Below, piece after piece: positions 1 to 8,056 of a DNA stretch of 20,000 bases. The position numbers were made by a program, and so were the translations under genes. Position 1 is the stretch's first letter, and each line of letters begins with the position of its first letter. The notes beneath the pieces are model-generated. The model worked only from the letters and a program-made list of their open reading frames with translations. It was not told the DNA's origin and did no database searches. The DNA comes from an uncultured virus (IMG/VR IMGVR_UViG_3300008120_000147) (taxonomy: Duplodnaviria; Heunggongvirae; Uroviricota; Caudoviricetes), in the IMG/VR virus record IMGVR_UViG_3300008120_000147, positions 55,733 to 75,732 of that record; one strand, given 5' to 3'.

Positions 1-59
1 CATATATATTAAATAGAGTTTGTCCCTAAACTTATTCAATATTTAAAAATATATTTTCT

Positions 60-1025
60 ATGAGCATAAATAAATTATTACTTTGGGAAAAATGGAGACC
101 AAAAAAAATTGATGACATTATATTACTACCAAGAATAAAAAAACATTTTGAAGATGGATTAAATGGTAACTATATATTTTATGGTAATTATGGTACAGGT
201 AAAACAAGTCTGGCTAGAATATTAATAGGTAAGTATTCAAAAGATAAACCAAATTTAGAGATAAATAGCTCACTTTCAACTTCAATAAATATTTTAAGAA
301 GTGAAATTGAAGACTTTTGTAAATTTACACCTATGATGGAATCAGAATCAGACTTAAAATATGTATTTTTAGATGAATTTGAAAGAACATCACCTGAATT
401 TCAGGATGCATTCAAAGCATTCATCGAAACATACTCAAAAAGAGGCGTAAGGTTTATTATAACAACTAATCACATTAATAAAATATCAGATGGAATAAAA
501 AGTAGAATACCTCAAATAAATTTTGATTGCCAGAATATTGAAGAAGAAAAATATTTAAAACAAGAAATTTACAAAAGAATATCAAATACAATATTACCAT
601 CTGAAAATTTTGAAATTCCAAAAGAAGATTTAGTTACAATAATAACAAAAAAATTTCCAGACTTTAGATCCACATTAGTAGAAGTAGGTAACTATATCAA
701 CACAGGTTCTCTAACTTCTTCATCAAATACAATAAACACAAAGACTAAATTAGAACTATACAATTTAATTTATGATAAAAATATAGACTATATCTCAATA
801 TATAATTTTGTGATTTCAAATTTTGGACCCGAAAAAATAGATGTTTTAATTAATTTATTAGGCAAATATTTCATAGATTGGTCATTAAATGAAAATAAAA
901 ATATAGAAAAACTATTTGAATGTAACTATATAATAGCTGATTACACATCAAAGTTAGAGACTAACACTGATCCTATAGTATTAGCATTAACAATAATAGG
1001 TAAATTCAGGGATATATTATTATAA
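60..1025 (+). CDS. Sliding-clamp loader AAA+ ATPase subunit (T4 gp44 / RFC small subunit-like)
   Basis: N-terminal WEKWRPKKIDDIIL (RFC box), Walker A GNYGTGKT, Walker B VFLDEFE, FIITTN sensor, SRI at the SRC position, FPDFR helix. Confidence 0.92.
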   Translation: MSINKLLLWEKWRPKKIDDIILLPRIKKHFEDGLNGNYIFYGNYGTGKTSLARILIGKYSKDKPNLEINSSLSTSINILRSEIEDFCKFTPMMESESDLKYVFLDEFERTSPEFQDAFKAFIETYSKRGVRFIITTNHINKISDGIKSRIPQINFDCQNIEEEKYLKQEIYKRISNTILPSENFEIPKEDLVTIITKKFPDFRSTLVEVGNYINTGSLTSSSNTINTKTKLELYNLIYDKNIDYISIYNFVISNFGPEKIDVLINLLGKYFIDWSLNENKNIEKLFECNYIIADYTSKLETNTDPIVLALTIIGKFRDILL

Positions 1026-1050
1026 GATAAAATATTTTAATATATAAAAT

Positions 1051-1425
1051 ATGCCAGTAAACTTTAAAGATTTCTACATAGGATATAAAGGTCATCCAAG
1101 ATACGAATCTTCTAAATTTATAGAAGATGATGTAATTAGAGTAATCGTTCAAAAATATGAAATGATAATTTTCACTAACAAAGGTGAGTTATTAGGTGAT
1201 CCTAGTTTTGGTGCTGATTTACCGCTATTACTTCATGAGACAAGACTCTCAGAAGATAGTATACAAGGCGATATAAACGCTCAAATATTTGAATATATAC
1301 CTGAAATAAGTAATATACCCTATACTTTAGAGGTCAATATTTATGATGATCCAGAAAGACACCAAGAGTGGATGGAAATTCTTTTTCAGATTAGAGACTT
1401 AGAAGTATACGCAACAGTAATCTAA
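1051..1425 (+). CDS. Baseplate wedge subunit, T4 gp25/GpW-like
   Basis: IIFTNKGELLGDPSFGADL matches the gp25 family pattern (T-x-x-G-E-x-x-x-x-P-x-F-G); 124 aa; sheath and tube genes nearby. Confidence 0.8.
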   Translation: MPVNFKDFYIGYKGHPRYESSKFIEDDVIRVIVQKYEMIIFTNKGELLGDPSFGADLPLLLHETRLSEDSIQGDINAQIFEYIPEISNIPYTLEVNIYDDPERHQEWMEILFQIRDLEVYATVI

Positions 1426-1874
1426 TCTACTCTATAACTATTTCTTTGCCAATATCTTTTACCATAACCGACAAATATTTCTTCACCGGAACGAATATCT
1501 CTATCAGCAACTAAAACAACTTCATCATCATCATTCATTGTTATGATAGAATTATTTTTGAAATTTGAAGAGATACCCTCCGCATCATTTGCAAATTTCG
1601 CAAAACAAAAAGTTTTCTTACAATCTAATGTTTCACCAGACGGCAACATCATAAAATAATCATCTTCTTTTGCATTTGCTCTTTTTGCGGCCTCTTCATT
1701 TGATATTACTTCACCCATAAATTTTGATATTACTTCACCACATTCTATATCTATAGATGTAAAGAGTCCATTTCCGGAATTTGGAATTTGAGAAGACTGT
1801 ACATATAAAAAATCTTCTTCTGGTAAATCTATTGAGTCGTAATCGAAATTTTCAAAAAATTTAAGATATTTCAT
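1422..1874 (-). CDS. SET-domain protein-lysine methyltransferase with N-terminal capsid-targeting-like tag
   Basis: SSQIPNSGNGLFT (GxG motif), GEVISKFMGEVI, AKFANDA (RFxNH-like), ADRDIRSGEEIFVGYG..YW (GEELxxxY). Start set at ATG 1874 rather than GTG 1880. Confidence 0.88.
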   Translation of the reverse strand: MKYLKFFENFDYDSIDLPEEDFLYVQSSQIPNSGNGLFTSIDIECGEVISKFMGEVISNEEAAKRANAKEDDYFMMLPSGETLDCKKTFCFAKFANDAEGISSNFKNNSIITMNDDDEVVLVADRDIRSGEEIFVGYGKRYWQRNSYRVD

Positions 1875-1887
1875 ATACACTTAGGCT

Positions 1888-2502
1888 TTATTTGATAGGA
1901 CAACTTGTGGCTGTCCAGATATATTTATAGTCTCTTTTTATTTTAACTCCTAAACTTTCAGCGGTTGTTACAACATCCTCCAAACACTCACCATCAGCAC
2001 CACCAACTATTACTACCTCTCTTCCTTTAAGATCGGTAAGTAATTCATAAAGTTTTTTAGGACAATGAAACCAAACGTGATTGTTGTTGATAAAAGTAAT
2101 TATTGTACCTTCTTTTGTTGGAAATATATCACCTTTTTTTAAAGACTTATTTTCTTCCCTTTTGCTAATGTCTTCATATACATTTTTATCTAATATTTTC
2201 TTGTAAAAATCAGCATCAACATCGTAATTATATCTTTTTTCAATTAATTCTTTTTGATTAGGAAAATGGTACAAATCTTTGTGTATTGGAATTTCAGGTT
2301 CATCTTCATATAAATAATCTTTATCTACGTTTTTACCATCAGGATGATTATCCCAAATTTGATAAACATTATTAAAATTTTTACAATATTTTTTAAGTTC
2401 ATTTAGATACATTTCAGAAAAAAACTTTCTGAATGATTTTTGAACATCAACTATTATTAGCGTATCTTCATTATAACTCTCAAAGGTTTTAAGAAATCTC
2501 AT
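1888..2502 (-). CDS. Isochorismatase/nicotinamidase-like cysteine hydrolase with N-terminal tag
   Basis: TLIIVDVQKSF (catalytic Asp motif) and VVIVGGADGECLEDV (catalytic Cys region). Confidence 0.7.
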   Translation of the reverse strand: MRFLKTFESYNEDTLIIVDVQKSFRKFFSEMYLNELKKYCKNFNNVYQIWDNHPDGKNVDKDYLYEDEPEIPIHKDLYHFPNQKELIEKRYNYDVDADFYKKILDKNVYEDISKREENKSLKKGDIFPTKEGTIITFINNNHVWFHCPKKLYELLTDLKGREVVIVGGADGECLEDVVTTAESLGVKIKRDYKYIWTATSCPIK

Positions 2503-2522
2503 AAACTATATATTAAATAAAA

Positions 2523-2544
2523 AACCCATCATTTCTGATGGGTT
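2523..2544 (-). terminator. Rho-independent terminator after the Gln/Gly-rich gene
   Basis: AACCCATCA-TTTC-TGATGGGTT stem-loop with an adjacent A-run giving a U-tract on the minus strand. Confidence 0.75.
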
Positions 2545-2564
2545 ACTTAAATATTTTAATTAGA

Positions 2565-3282
2565 TTAAGCCGGTAGTTCTTCCTCACCCTCTTCCTCTTC
2601 TTGTGCTTGACCCTGTCCTTGTGCTTGACCCTGTCCTTGTGCTTGACCCTGTCCTTGTGCTTGACCCTGTCCTTGTGCTTGACCCTGTCCTTGTGCTTGA
2701 GGTTCTTCAAATTTGTCCTTGTGCTTGACCCTGTCCTTGTGCTTGAGGTTCTTCAAATTCACCTTCTTGAGCTTGAGCTTGACCTTGTGCTTGACCTTGT
2801 CCTTGTGCTTGACCTTGTGGCTGTGCTTGACCTTGTCCTTGTGCTTGACCTTGTCCTTGTGCTTGACCTTGTCCTTGTGCTTGACCTTGTGGTTGTGCTT
2901 GACTTTGTGGCTGTGCTTGACCTTGTGGCTGTGCTTGCATTTGAGCCTCACCTTCTACTTCAACTTGCGGTTGAGATTGAGATGATTGTCCCTGAGCTTG
3001 ACCACCCATAAGAGCATTACCTGGAAGCTTTTCAACGTCCAAATTATTCATATTAATATATTTAACAATTTCCTCGGCGATATCAACATCCCCAAAAAAT
3101 TGGCGTAAATTCTTACCTGTTGTATCTTTTACTTTTTTAACATAAGCATTGATTAATGACTGAGGAATGTCAATCATTGTCTTAACTTTATAGATATCGT
3201 TTACTTGTAAAACAGATTCTTTTATAATCTCTTCTCTGTTTTTTCTAATACGATAACTTTCAAATGTTCTAATGTGCTTCAT
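2565..3282 (-). CDS. Hypothetical tagged protein with Gln/Gly/Ala low-complexity tail, split by a frameshift (two ORF-track pieces: 2707-3282 and the end of 2565-2951)
   Basis: MKHIRTFESY start, about 95-aa non-repetitive N-terminus, then QGQAQG repeats. Removing one copy of a 46-bp duplication gives a 672-nt ORF (223 aa) ending EEEEGEEELPA. Confidence 0.75.
2601..2940. repeat. Coding minisatellite, 18-bp unit TTGTGCTTGACCCTGTCC (encodes GQGQAQ on the minus strand) with degenerate copies
   Basis: Five perfect copies at 2601-2690 and variant copies up to about 2940. Confidence 0.95.
2668..2759. repeat. Exact 46-bp tandem duplication
   Basis: 2668-2713 is identical to 2714-2759 (TGTCCTTGTGCTTGACCCTGTCCTTGTGCTTGAGGTTCTTCAAATT). 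Confidence 0.93.
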
Positions 3283-3339
3283 TTTTTAGCTATATTTTTT
3301 ATAAATTATATATTAAGTAAAAAAAATCATTTTTTTCAC

Positions 3340-3831
3340 TTATTTTAGAATAGATAATAATATCAATCCTATTATTCCAGCAACGCCTATACCATAACCA
3401 ACATTCTTTTTCACCTTTAATCTTGTTATCTCACCTTCCAAAGTCGTGACTTTAGTATTTAATTCAATTTTCTGATTCTCACACTCGACAGAGAGCCTAT
3501 TTGCATTGTCTAATCTTTGTTGTAAATTTGAAATAAGTAAATCTTTATCAACTAATTGTTCTTTTAACAACTTTACATCTAATTCAAGAAAAGAAATTGT
3601 CTTTTTTTGCTCATCTATAACTTTTATATAAGAATTACTAAGATTATCACAATCCACTATTGCCTTTTCTAAAAGTGATAATATTTCCATATTGTTGTCT
3701 AATTTTTGAGCCTGTTCTATAGTCATCACTACAACTTTATTACCACTCGAATCAACTTCAATTTTAGGGTAGGTTTGTGAAAAACAAAGTAAGCTAGTAA
3801 ATAAAACTAATATAGTAAGAACGTGTTTCAT
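3340..3831 (-). CDS. Exported coiled-coil protein with C-terminal TM helix (spanin-like component)
   Basis: Signal peptide MKHVLTILVLFTSLLCFS|Q, heptad-rich middle, C-terminal VGYGIGVAGIIGLILLSIL. Confidence 0.5.
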   Translation of the reverse strand: MKHVLTILVLFTSLLCFSQTYPKIEVDSSGNKVVVMTIEQAQKLDNNMEILSLLEKAIVDCDNLSNSYIKVIDEQKKTISFLELDVKLLKEQLVDKDLLISNLQQRLDNANRLSVECENQKIELNTKVTTLEGEITRLKVKKNVGYGIGVAGIIGLILLSILK

Positions 3832-3835
3832 ATAT

Positions 3836-4252
3836 TCAATTATTTTTTAATTTGTCTTTTAAAGAATTTATTAAGTCATCACCTTCTCTTTTTAAAGGAT
3901 TATCTTTAAGTTTCTGTATTCTTTTTTTTGACTCTTCAAGTATTTTTTTATTATCAGATAATTGATTGTTTGCAATTATCAAATTATTTTTTGCCACTCT
4001 TAAATCTTTTTCAATATTTTTTATTTTTTCATCCCTATTAGAGATTATTTTCTGTATAGAAATATAATCTTTTTCCAATTTTTTATTTACTATTTTCAAA
4101 GAGTCTCTAATCTTTTCTATTTCTTGAATCTTTCTATCAGATTCTTTAATTTTCTTCTTATAATCACTACCTTGCATATACCACATTGTAGCAAAAATGA
4201 TAGAACTAACAAGTAATGCTAAAGTTATTATTGAATTAACATTTAACTTCAT
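3836..4252 (-). CDS. N-terminally membrane-anchored coiled-coil protein (i-spanin/Rz-like)
   Basis: TM IITLALLVSSIIFATMWY followed by about 110 aa of Lys-rich coiled coil; directly upstream of 3340-3831. Confidence 0.5.
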   Translation of the reverse strand: MKLNVNSIITLALLVSSIIFATMWYMQGSDYKKKIKESDRKIQEIEKIRDSLKIVNKKLEKDYISIQKIISNRDEKIKNIEKDLRVAKNNLIIANNQLSDNKKILEESKKRIQKLKDNPLKREGDDLINSLKDKLKNN

Positions 4253-4297
4253 AAACTTTAATTTTTTTGATTATATATAATTATAGTTACCTTCAAT

Positions 4298-4328
4298 TTT
4301 GATTTAAAAAACAAAATTTGTATTTTTG
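4298..4328 (+). promoter_or_regulatory. Bacteroidota sigma-A type promoter (TTTG-N19-TAnnTTTG)
   Basis: TTTG at 4298-4301, 19-nt spacer, TATTTTTG at 4321-4328, 26 nt before ATG 4355. Confidence 0.7.
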
Positions 4329-4354
4329 TATCAAATTATTTTAATAAATAAGAA

Positions 4355-4936
4355 ATGTCTAAAACTTTATACTCATTCGATTTTGACGATACTCTTTGTC
4401 ATACTATGTTACCAGAAAATGGTGAAAAAATCTGGTTTGAAAAAACTGGAACAAAGTGGCCTTATAGAGGATGGTGGTCAAAACCAGAAACAGTAGACCC
4501 TGAAATATTTTTTACTCCAAAGAATGAATGGGTTTATTTAGAGTATTTAAAAGCCAAAAGAGATGAAGACTCTACAATTATTATGGCAACTGGTAGATTA
4601 CAAATAGTTCCTAATATGAGAGAAAATATCATAAAAATCTTAAACCAACATAATTTATCTTTTGATGAAGTTTGGATTATAAATTCCACAGACGAACAAC
4701 AAAGTGGAAATGGAAAAGATGGAATTTATTTAAATTGGGGCGGTGATACATTTATGTTTAAAACTACACTTTTTGAAAAACTAATATCTATTACTCAATG
4801 CGAACACTTTGTAATGTATGACGATAGACAAGAACACTTAGGTAGATTTGAAGAGTGGGCATCAACTCAAAATTGTAAAGTAACAATAGTAGACGTTGTA
4901 AATAAAAAATCAACAATTATAAACGAAAATATATAA
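4355..4936 (+). CDS. HAD-superfamily phosphatase, Swiss-Army-Knife RNA-repair type (HAD_SAK-like)
   Basis: Motif I FDFDDTL, WWSKPE insert, motif II MATGR, FKTT Lys, motif IV MYDDRQEH. Confidence 0.78.
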   Translation: MSKTLYSFDFDDTLCHTMLPENGEKIWFEKTGTKWPYRGWWSKPETVDPEIFFTPKNEWVYLEYLKAKRDEDSTIIMATGRLQIVPNMRENIIKILNQHNLSFDEVWIINSTDEQQSGNGKDGIYLNWGGDTFMFKTTLFEKLISITQCEHFVMYDDRQEHLGRFEEWASTQNCKVTIVDVVNKKSTIINENI

Positions 4937-4937
4937 G

Positions 4938-5228
4938 ATGAATATGGCAACAATTACAAAAAAGAAAACATCAACAAAAGTTGAAGAATTATTATCTAAA
5001 CCATATCTTTTGGTTTTACACAATGATGATTATAACACATTCGACCACGTAATAAATTGTCTGATGAAACACTGCGGTCATGAATTTGAACAAGCGAATC
5101 AGTGCGCACATATAGTTCATTTTAATGGTAAATGTGACGTCAAATATGGAGATTATGACACGATTTCAACTATGAAAGATAAATTGAAAAATGCGGGTCT
5201 TTCGGTAACAATGGAGGCTAATTCATAA
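4938..5228 (+). CDS. clpS: ATP-dependent Clp protease adaptor ClpS (start 4938 or 4944)
   Basis: LVLHNDDYNTFDHVINCL...EQANQCAHIVHFNGKCDVKYG; NTFDHVI/EQC/GKC resembles Bacteroidota ClpS. Confidence 0.92.
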   Translation: MNMATITKKKTSTKVEELLSKPYLLVLHNDDYNTFDHVINCLMKHCGHEFEQANQCAHIVHFNGKCDVKYGDYDTISTMKDKLKNAGLSVTMEANS

Positions 5229-7367
5229 TTATTTTAATCCAAACCAATTTCCATTATTTCCAACACTTCCTTTAGAACGATTTAAAAATTGTCTTCTAAC
5301 CTTAAGAACTTGACCATAGTCAACACCCTCGACATAGTCAACGTTCTTTAAACAATCATTAATATAGTTAGTCATTGATTTATCCATGTGCCTTGACATC
5401 CAGTCCTCACACATTTCCTTGAACTCATTTTTACCAAAAAAAGATGTTGTGTTTACAATAGTCATAACTGTGTCATCATGACCGACATCGGCTGCATATT
5501 TTATATTACCAGCGTTTGTAGTATGTTTAACAAAAGTAGTAATTTCTCTAATTGTATCTTCATTATTAATATAGAAAGATTTCGATGTCATCAAGTCTTG
5601 GTAATCTTTTACTAATAAATTTTTATTTTCTCCAACCTTTAATCCTATTTTTTCTTCGTTAGAGTCTGCTCTGTGTTTATATCTTACAAATACAGATGAG
5701 CCATAATTATTATTACCATCAAAAACTTGTGGCATCTCGGCTAATAATGTATTACCATAATTATTTAATTCTAATACAACTTTACAATTTTCCGGATTCA
5801 AATATTCAAAAACTAGAAGGTATAATAACTCGGCTAATTGTTTTACAGAAACTAAATTACTTCTATATATTCCAACTTGTTCTAATCTAAAAAAATCAAC
5901 TAAGGATTTATAAGAATTTTTTTGAGATTCTATTGTGTCTTTGGTTTTACTATTTAATTTAAAAATATTAATAACTGAATAATCTTGTCCCAGACCCTCT
6001 GAGATATCGACCGAGATTACAAATCTATACTCCTTTCTTCTTAGTGGAATATAAACGTCATCGTCGTCTATCCAGATTAAATCTTTATAACTAAATTTTA
6101 TCTTTCTTTCAAACTCAGACAATTCTTCCCATTCATAATTTCTTTTATTATTAGTAAGATCATTAATTATAGCCTCATTTAATAATGATTTAGAAGCATT
6201 AATAAATCTAAGTCCATATTCCTGGTTAAAAGCATCCTCTCCACCAATATCCTTTATCGCCTCTTCTTTCCATGTAGTTATCTCAGCTAATGATAATAGA
6301 GGTATTTCATAATCTTTATCATTTTTCAACGTAAAAGTCTTAATTTCTTGATCTGAACAAGCATCATTATTATAAATGGATATAACATCTTTTTGTAAGT
6401 CAGTATTCCAATACATCTCTACTTTGGTGAGATGACCCCATTTAGATTTAATAATATCAAAAACATCTTCTTTTTTCAAACCATTATCAAATAACTGATG
6501 ATTATTTAATCTTACATAAGTTACAAATCTACCCGGCACTTGATACCAGTATACCCTCATTGGTTTATAGTTGTTTTTTAATGGATCACCCTGAGGTCTC
6601 TCAGCATCTGTAAGTAATTTATGAAACAAATTCATACCATTTGGAGTTGATGTAATTATAATTTTAGAATTTTGAACAGCGGCTGTTGTAGGAAATGCAG
6701 CGGTGTAATATGGCTCTATTATATTAGATGGTATATGGGCAAACTCATCTAAGTAAAGCACATCTATTGTAAAACCAATAGCAGGTGTTTTAGTTCTAGC
6801 AGATGTTTTGATTCGACAACCATTCTCAAATGTCAGCGATTTTTGATTCCAAGTTTTTATACCTGGTTTTAAAAAAAATGGTAGTAGTGAATAAATTGAC
6901 TTTATCTTATCAACAATTTCAACAGCAGTATCACCTTTATTAGCAACTATCATTATGTTTTTATCGTTATCAAATAAAATTTTATGCAACATGAAAATTG
7001 CAGAAGATATTGTTTTACCAACCTGCCTTGATGCCATTAATATATTAAATCTATTATTAATAAAATTATCAAGTATCTCTTTTTGATAATCTCTTAAAAG
7101 TATATTACCTATACTACCATCTTCTCTTTTTACTTTACAATATTTCTCAACAAAATAATGCACATCTAATGCACATCTAACATATTCCTGTTGCTCATCT
7201 GGTGTCATTCTGAAAGTCACACCTGATCTTCTTAATCCAACTTCACTTTTCAACCAAGGATTTTGATATCGCTTTACAACAATACCATCATTTATTTTAT
7301 CTGTTGCCTCATCTACTAATTTAGTAGTAAATATCATTTGTTTTTCTTGAGCTTCATTAAAAGCCAT
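5229..7367 (-). CDS. Terminase large subunit (T4 gp17-like)
   Basis: LRDYQ adenine-binding motif, Walker A ASRQVGKT, Walker B LYLDEFAHI, ITSTPNG, FNQEY linker, nuclease ISVDISEGLGQDYS, ELNNYG, GHDDTVM. Confidence 0.95.
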   Translation of the reverse strand: MAFNEAQEKQMIFTTKLVDEATDKINDGIVVKRYQNPWLKSEVGLRRSGVTFRMTPDEQQEYVRCALDVHYFVEKYCKVKREDGSIGNILLRDYQKEILDNFINNRFNILMASRQVGKTISSAIFMLHKILFDNDKNIMIVANKGDTAVEIVDKIKSIYSLLPFFLKPGIKTWNQKSLTFENGCRIKTSARTKTPAIGFTIDVLYLDEFAHIPSNIIEPYYTAAFPTTAAVQNSKIIITSTPNGMNLFHKLLTDAERPQGDPLKNNYKPMRVYWYQVPGRFVTYVRLNNHQLFDNGLKKEDVFDIIKSKWGHLTKVEMYWNTDLQKDVISIYNNDACSDQEIKTFTLKNDKDYEIPLLSLAEITTWKEEAIKDIGGEDAFNQEYGLRFINASKSLLNEAIINDLTNNKRNYEWEELSEFERKIKFSYKDLIWIDDDDVYIPLRRKEYRFVISVDISEGLGQDYSVINIFKLNSKTKDTIESQKNSYKSLVDFFRLEQVGIYRSNLVSVKQLAELLYLLVFEYLNPENCKVVLELNNYGNTLLAEMPQVFDGNNNYGSSVFVRYKHRADSNEEKIGLKVGENKNLLVKDYQDLMTSKSFYINNEDTIREITTFVKHTTNAGNIKYAADVGHDDTVMTIVNTTSFFGKNEFKEMCEDWMSRHMDKSMTNYINDCLKNVDYVEGVDYGQVLKVRRQFLNRSKGSVGNNGNWFGLK

Positions 7368-7383
7368 ACAGAGAAGTTATTTT

Positions 7384-7394
7384 TTATATATATT
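7384..7394. promoter_or_regulatory. Candidate bidirectional late promoter between TerL and TerS
   Basis: TTATATATATT: AATATATA on minus (7394-7387, 19 nt before TerL ATG) and TATATATA on plus (7385-7392, 19 nt before ATG 7412). Confidence 0.55.
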
Positions 7395-7411
7395 GCAAAA
7401 ACCGAATCTCT

Positions 7412-8056
7412 ATGTCTAAATCAGAAAATGAAAGAAATAGAATTAAAGACGAATTTGACCAAATTCAATCAGAAGGTGGTGATTTTGATATATCAAAGCA
7501 TTTAGCATCACCGGATGATTTACCGGATCTAGGCGAAATTGAAATATATGACTACGATTCGGACTTAACAGCCTCTTCACATCAGTCAATGGATGTATTA
7601 GAATCTCTTGTAGATTTGTATCTCAGTGATGTACCTCAACTAAAAGAACATCCTTACATAAAAAATAAAATGAAAGAAGACGCAACAGTCTACGCTGAGG
7701 CTATTTTTTTATCTAAAATGACGAGAAAAAACTTTTTAAATCAACTAAGACAAGTTGATAATGGTGATAATTCAGCCAGAATGCATGAAGTTGTCAATCA
7801 AACCATAGGACAAATTAGAGAAAATTCTAAATTTTTATCAGGACAAAGAACCGAATTAGAAAAATTCTATAAAACATTAAGAAAGGATTTAGGATTAAAT
7901 GACATAGAAAATCCAGAAGTAATAAAATCACAAAATATTACCGAGGAGAACAACCCAGAAAACCAAAATGGTGAGATTTTTGACAACAGAAAGTTAAACG
8001 ATTTAATAAAATCAGCAATGATAGCAAAAGATCAAGATAACAAAAAGAAAGACTAA
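7412..8056 (+). CDS. Probable terminase small subunit (T4 gp16-like)
   Basis: NSARMHEVVNQTIGQIRENSKFL resembles the gp16 PRxxEV..QL helix; C-terminal IFDNRKLNDLIK; adjacent to and divergent from TerL. Confidence 0.55.
   Translation: MSKSENERNRIKDEFDQIQSEGGDFDISKHLASPDDLPDLGEIEIYDYDSDLTASSHQSMDVLESLVDLYLSDVPQLKEHPYIKNKMKEDATVYAEAIFLSKMTRKNFLNQLRQVDNGDNSARMHEVVNQTIGQIRENSKFLSGQRTELEKFYKTLRKDLGLNDIENPEVIKSQNITEENNPENQNGEIFDNRKLNDLIKSAMIAKDQDNKKKD

Noticed and set aside
60..1874. Eukaryotic giant virus or archaeal origin suggested by RFC-like and SET genes
   Set aside because: gp17-like terminase, contractile tail genes, ClpS, bacterial terminators and Bacteroidota promoters indicate a bacteriophage
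2601..2940. Possible CRISPR array
   Set aside because: 18-bp units are directly adjacent with no unique spacers and encode in-frame GQGQAQ
2565..3011. ORFs 2601-3011(+), 2713-2985(+) and the KHKVK-rich N-part of 2565-2951(-)
   Set aside because: Shadow frames of the minisatellite; only the C-terminal part of 2565-2951 belongs to the real gene
6273..6527. Intein in the terminase
   Set aside because: No N-terminal Cys/Ser, no C-terminal His-Asn/Gln followed by Cys/Ser/Thr, no endonuclease motifs
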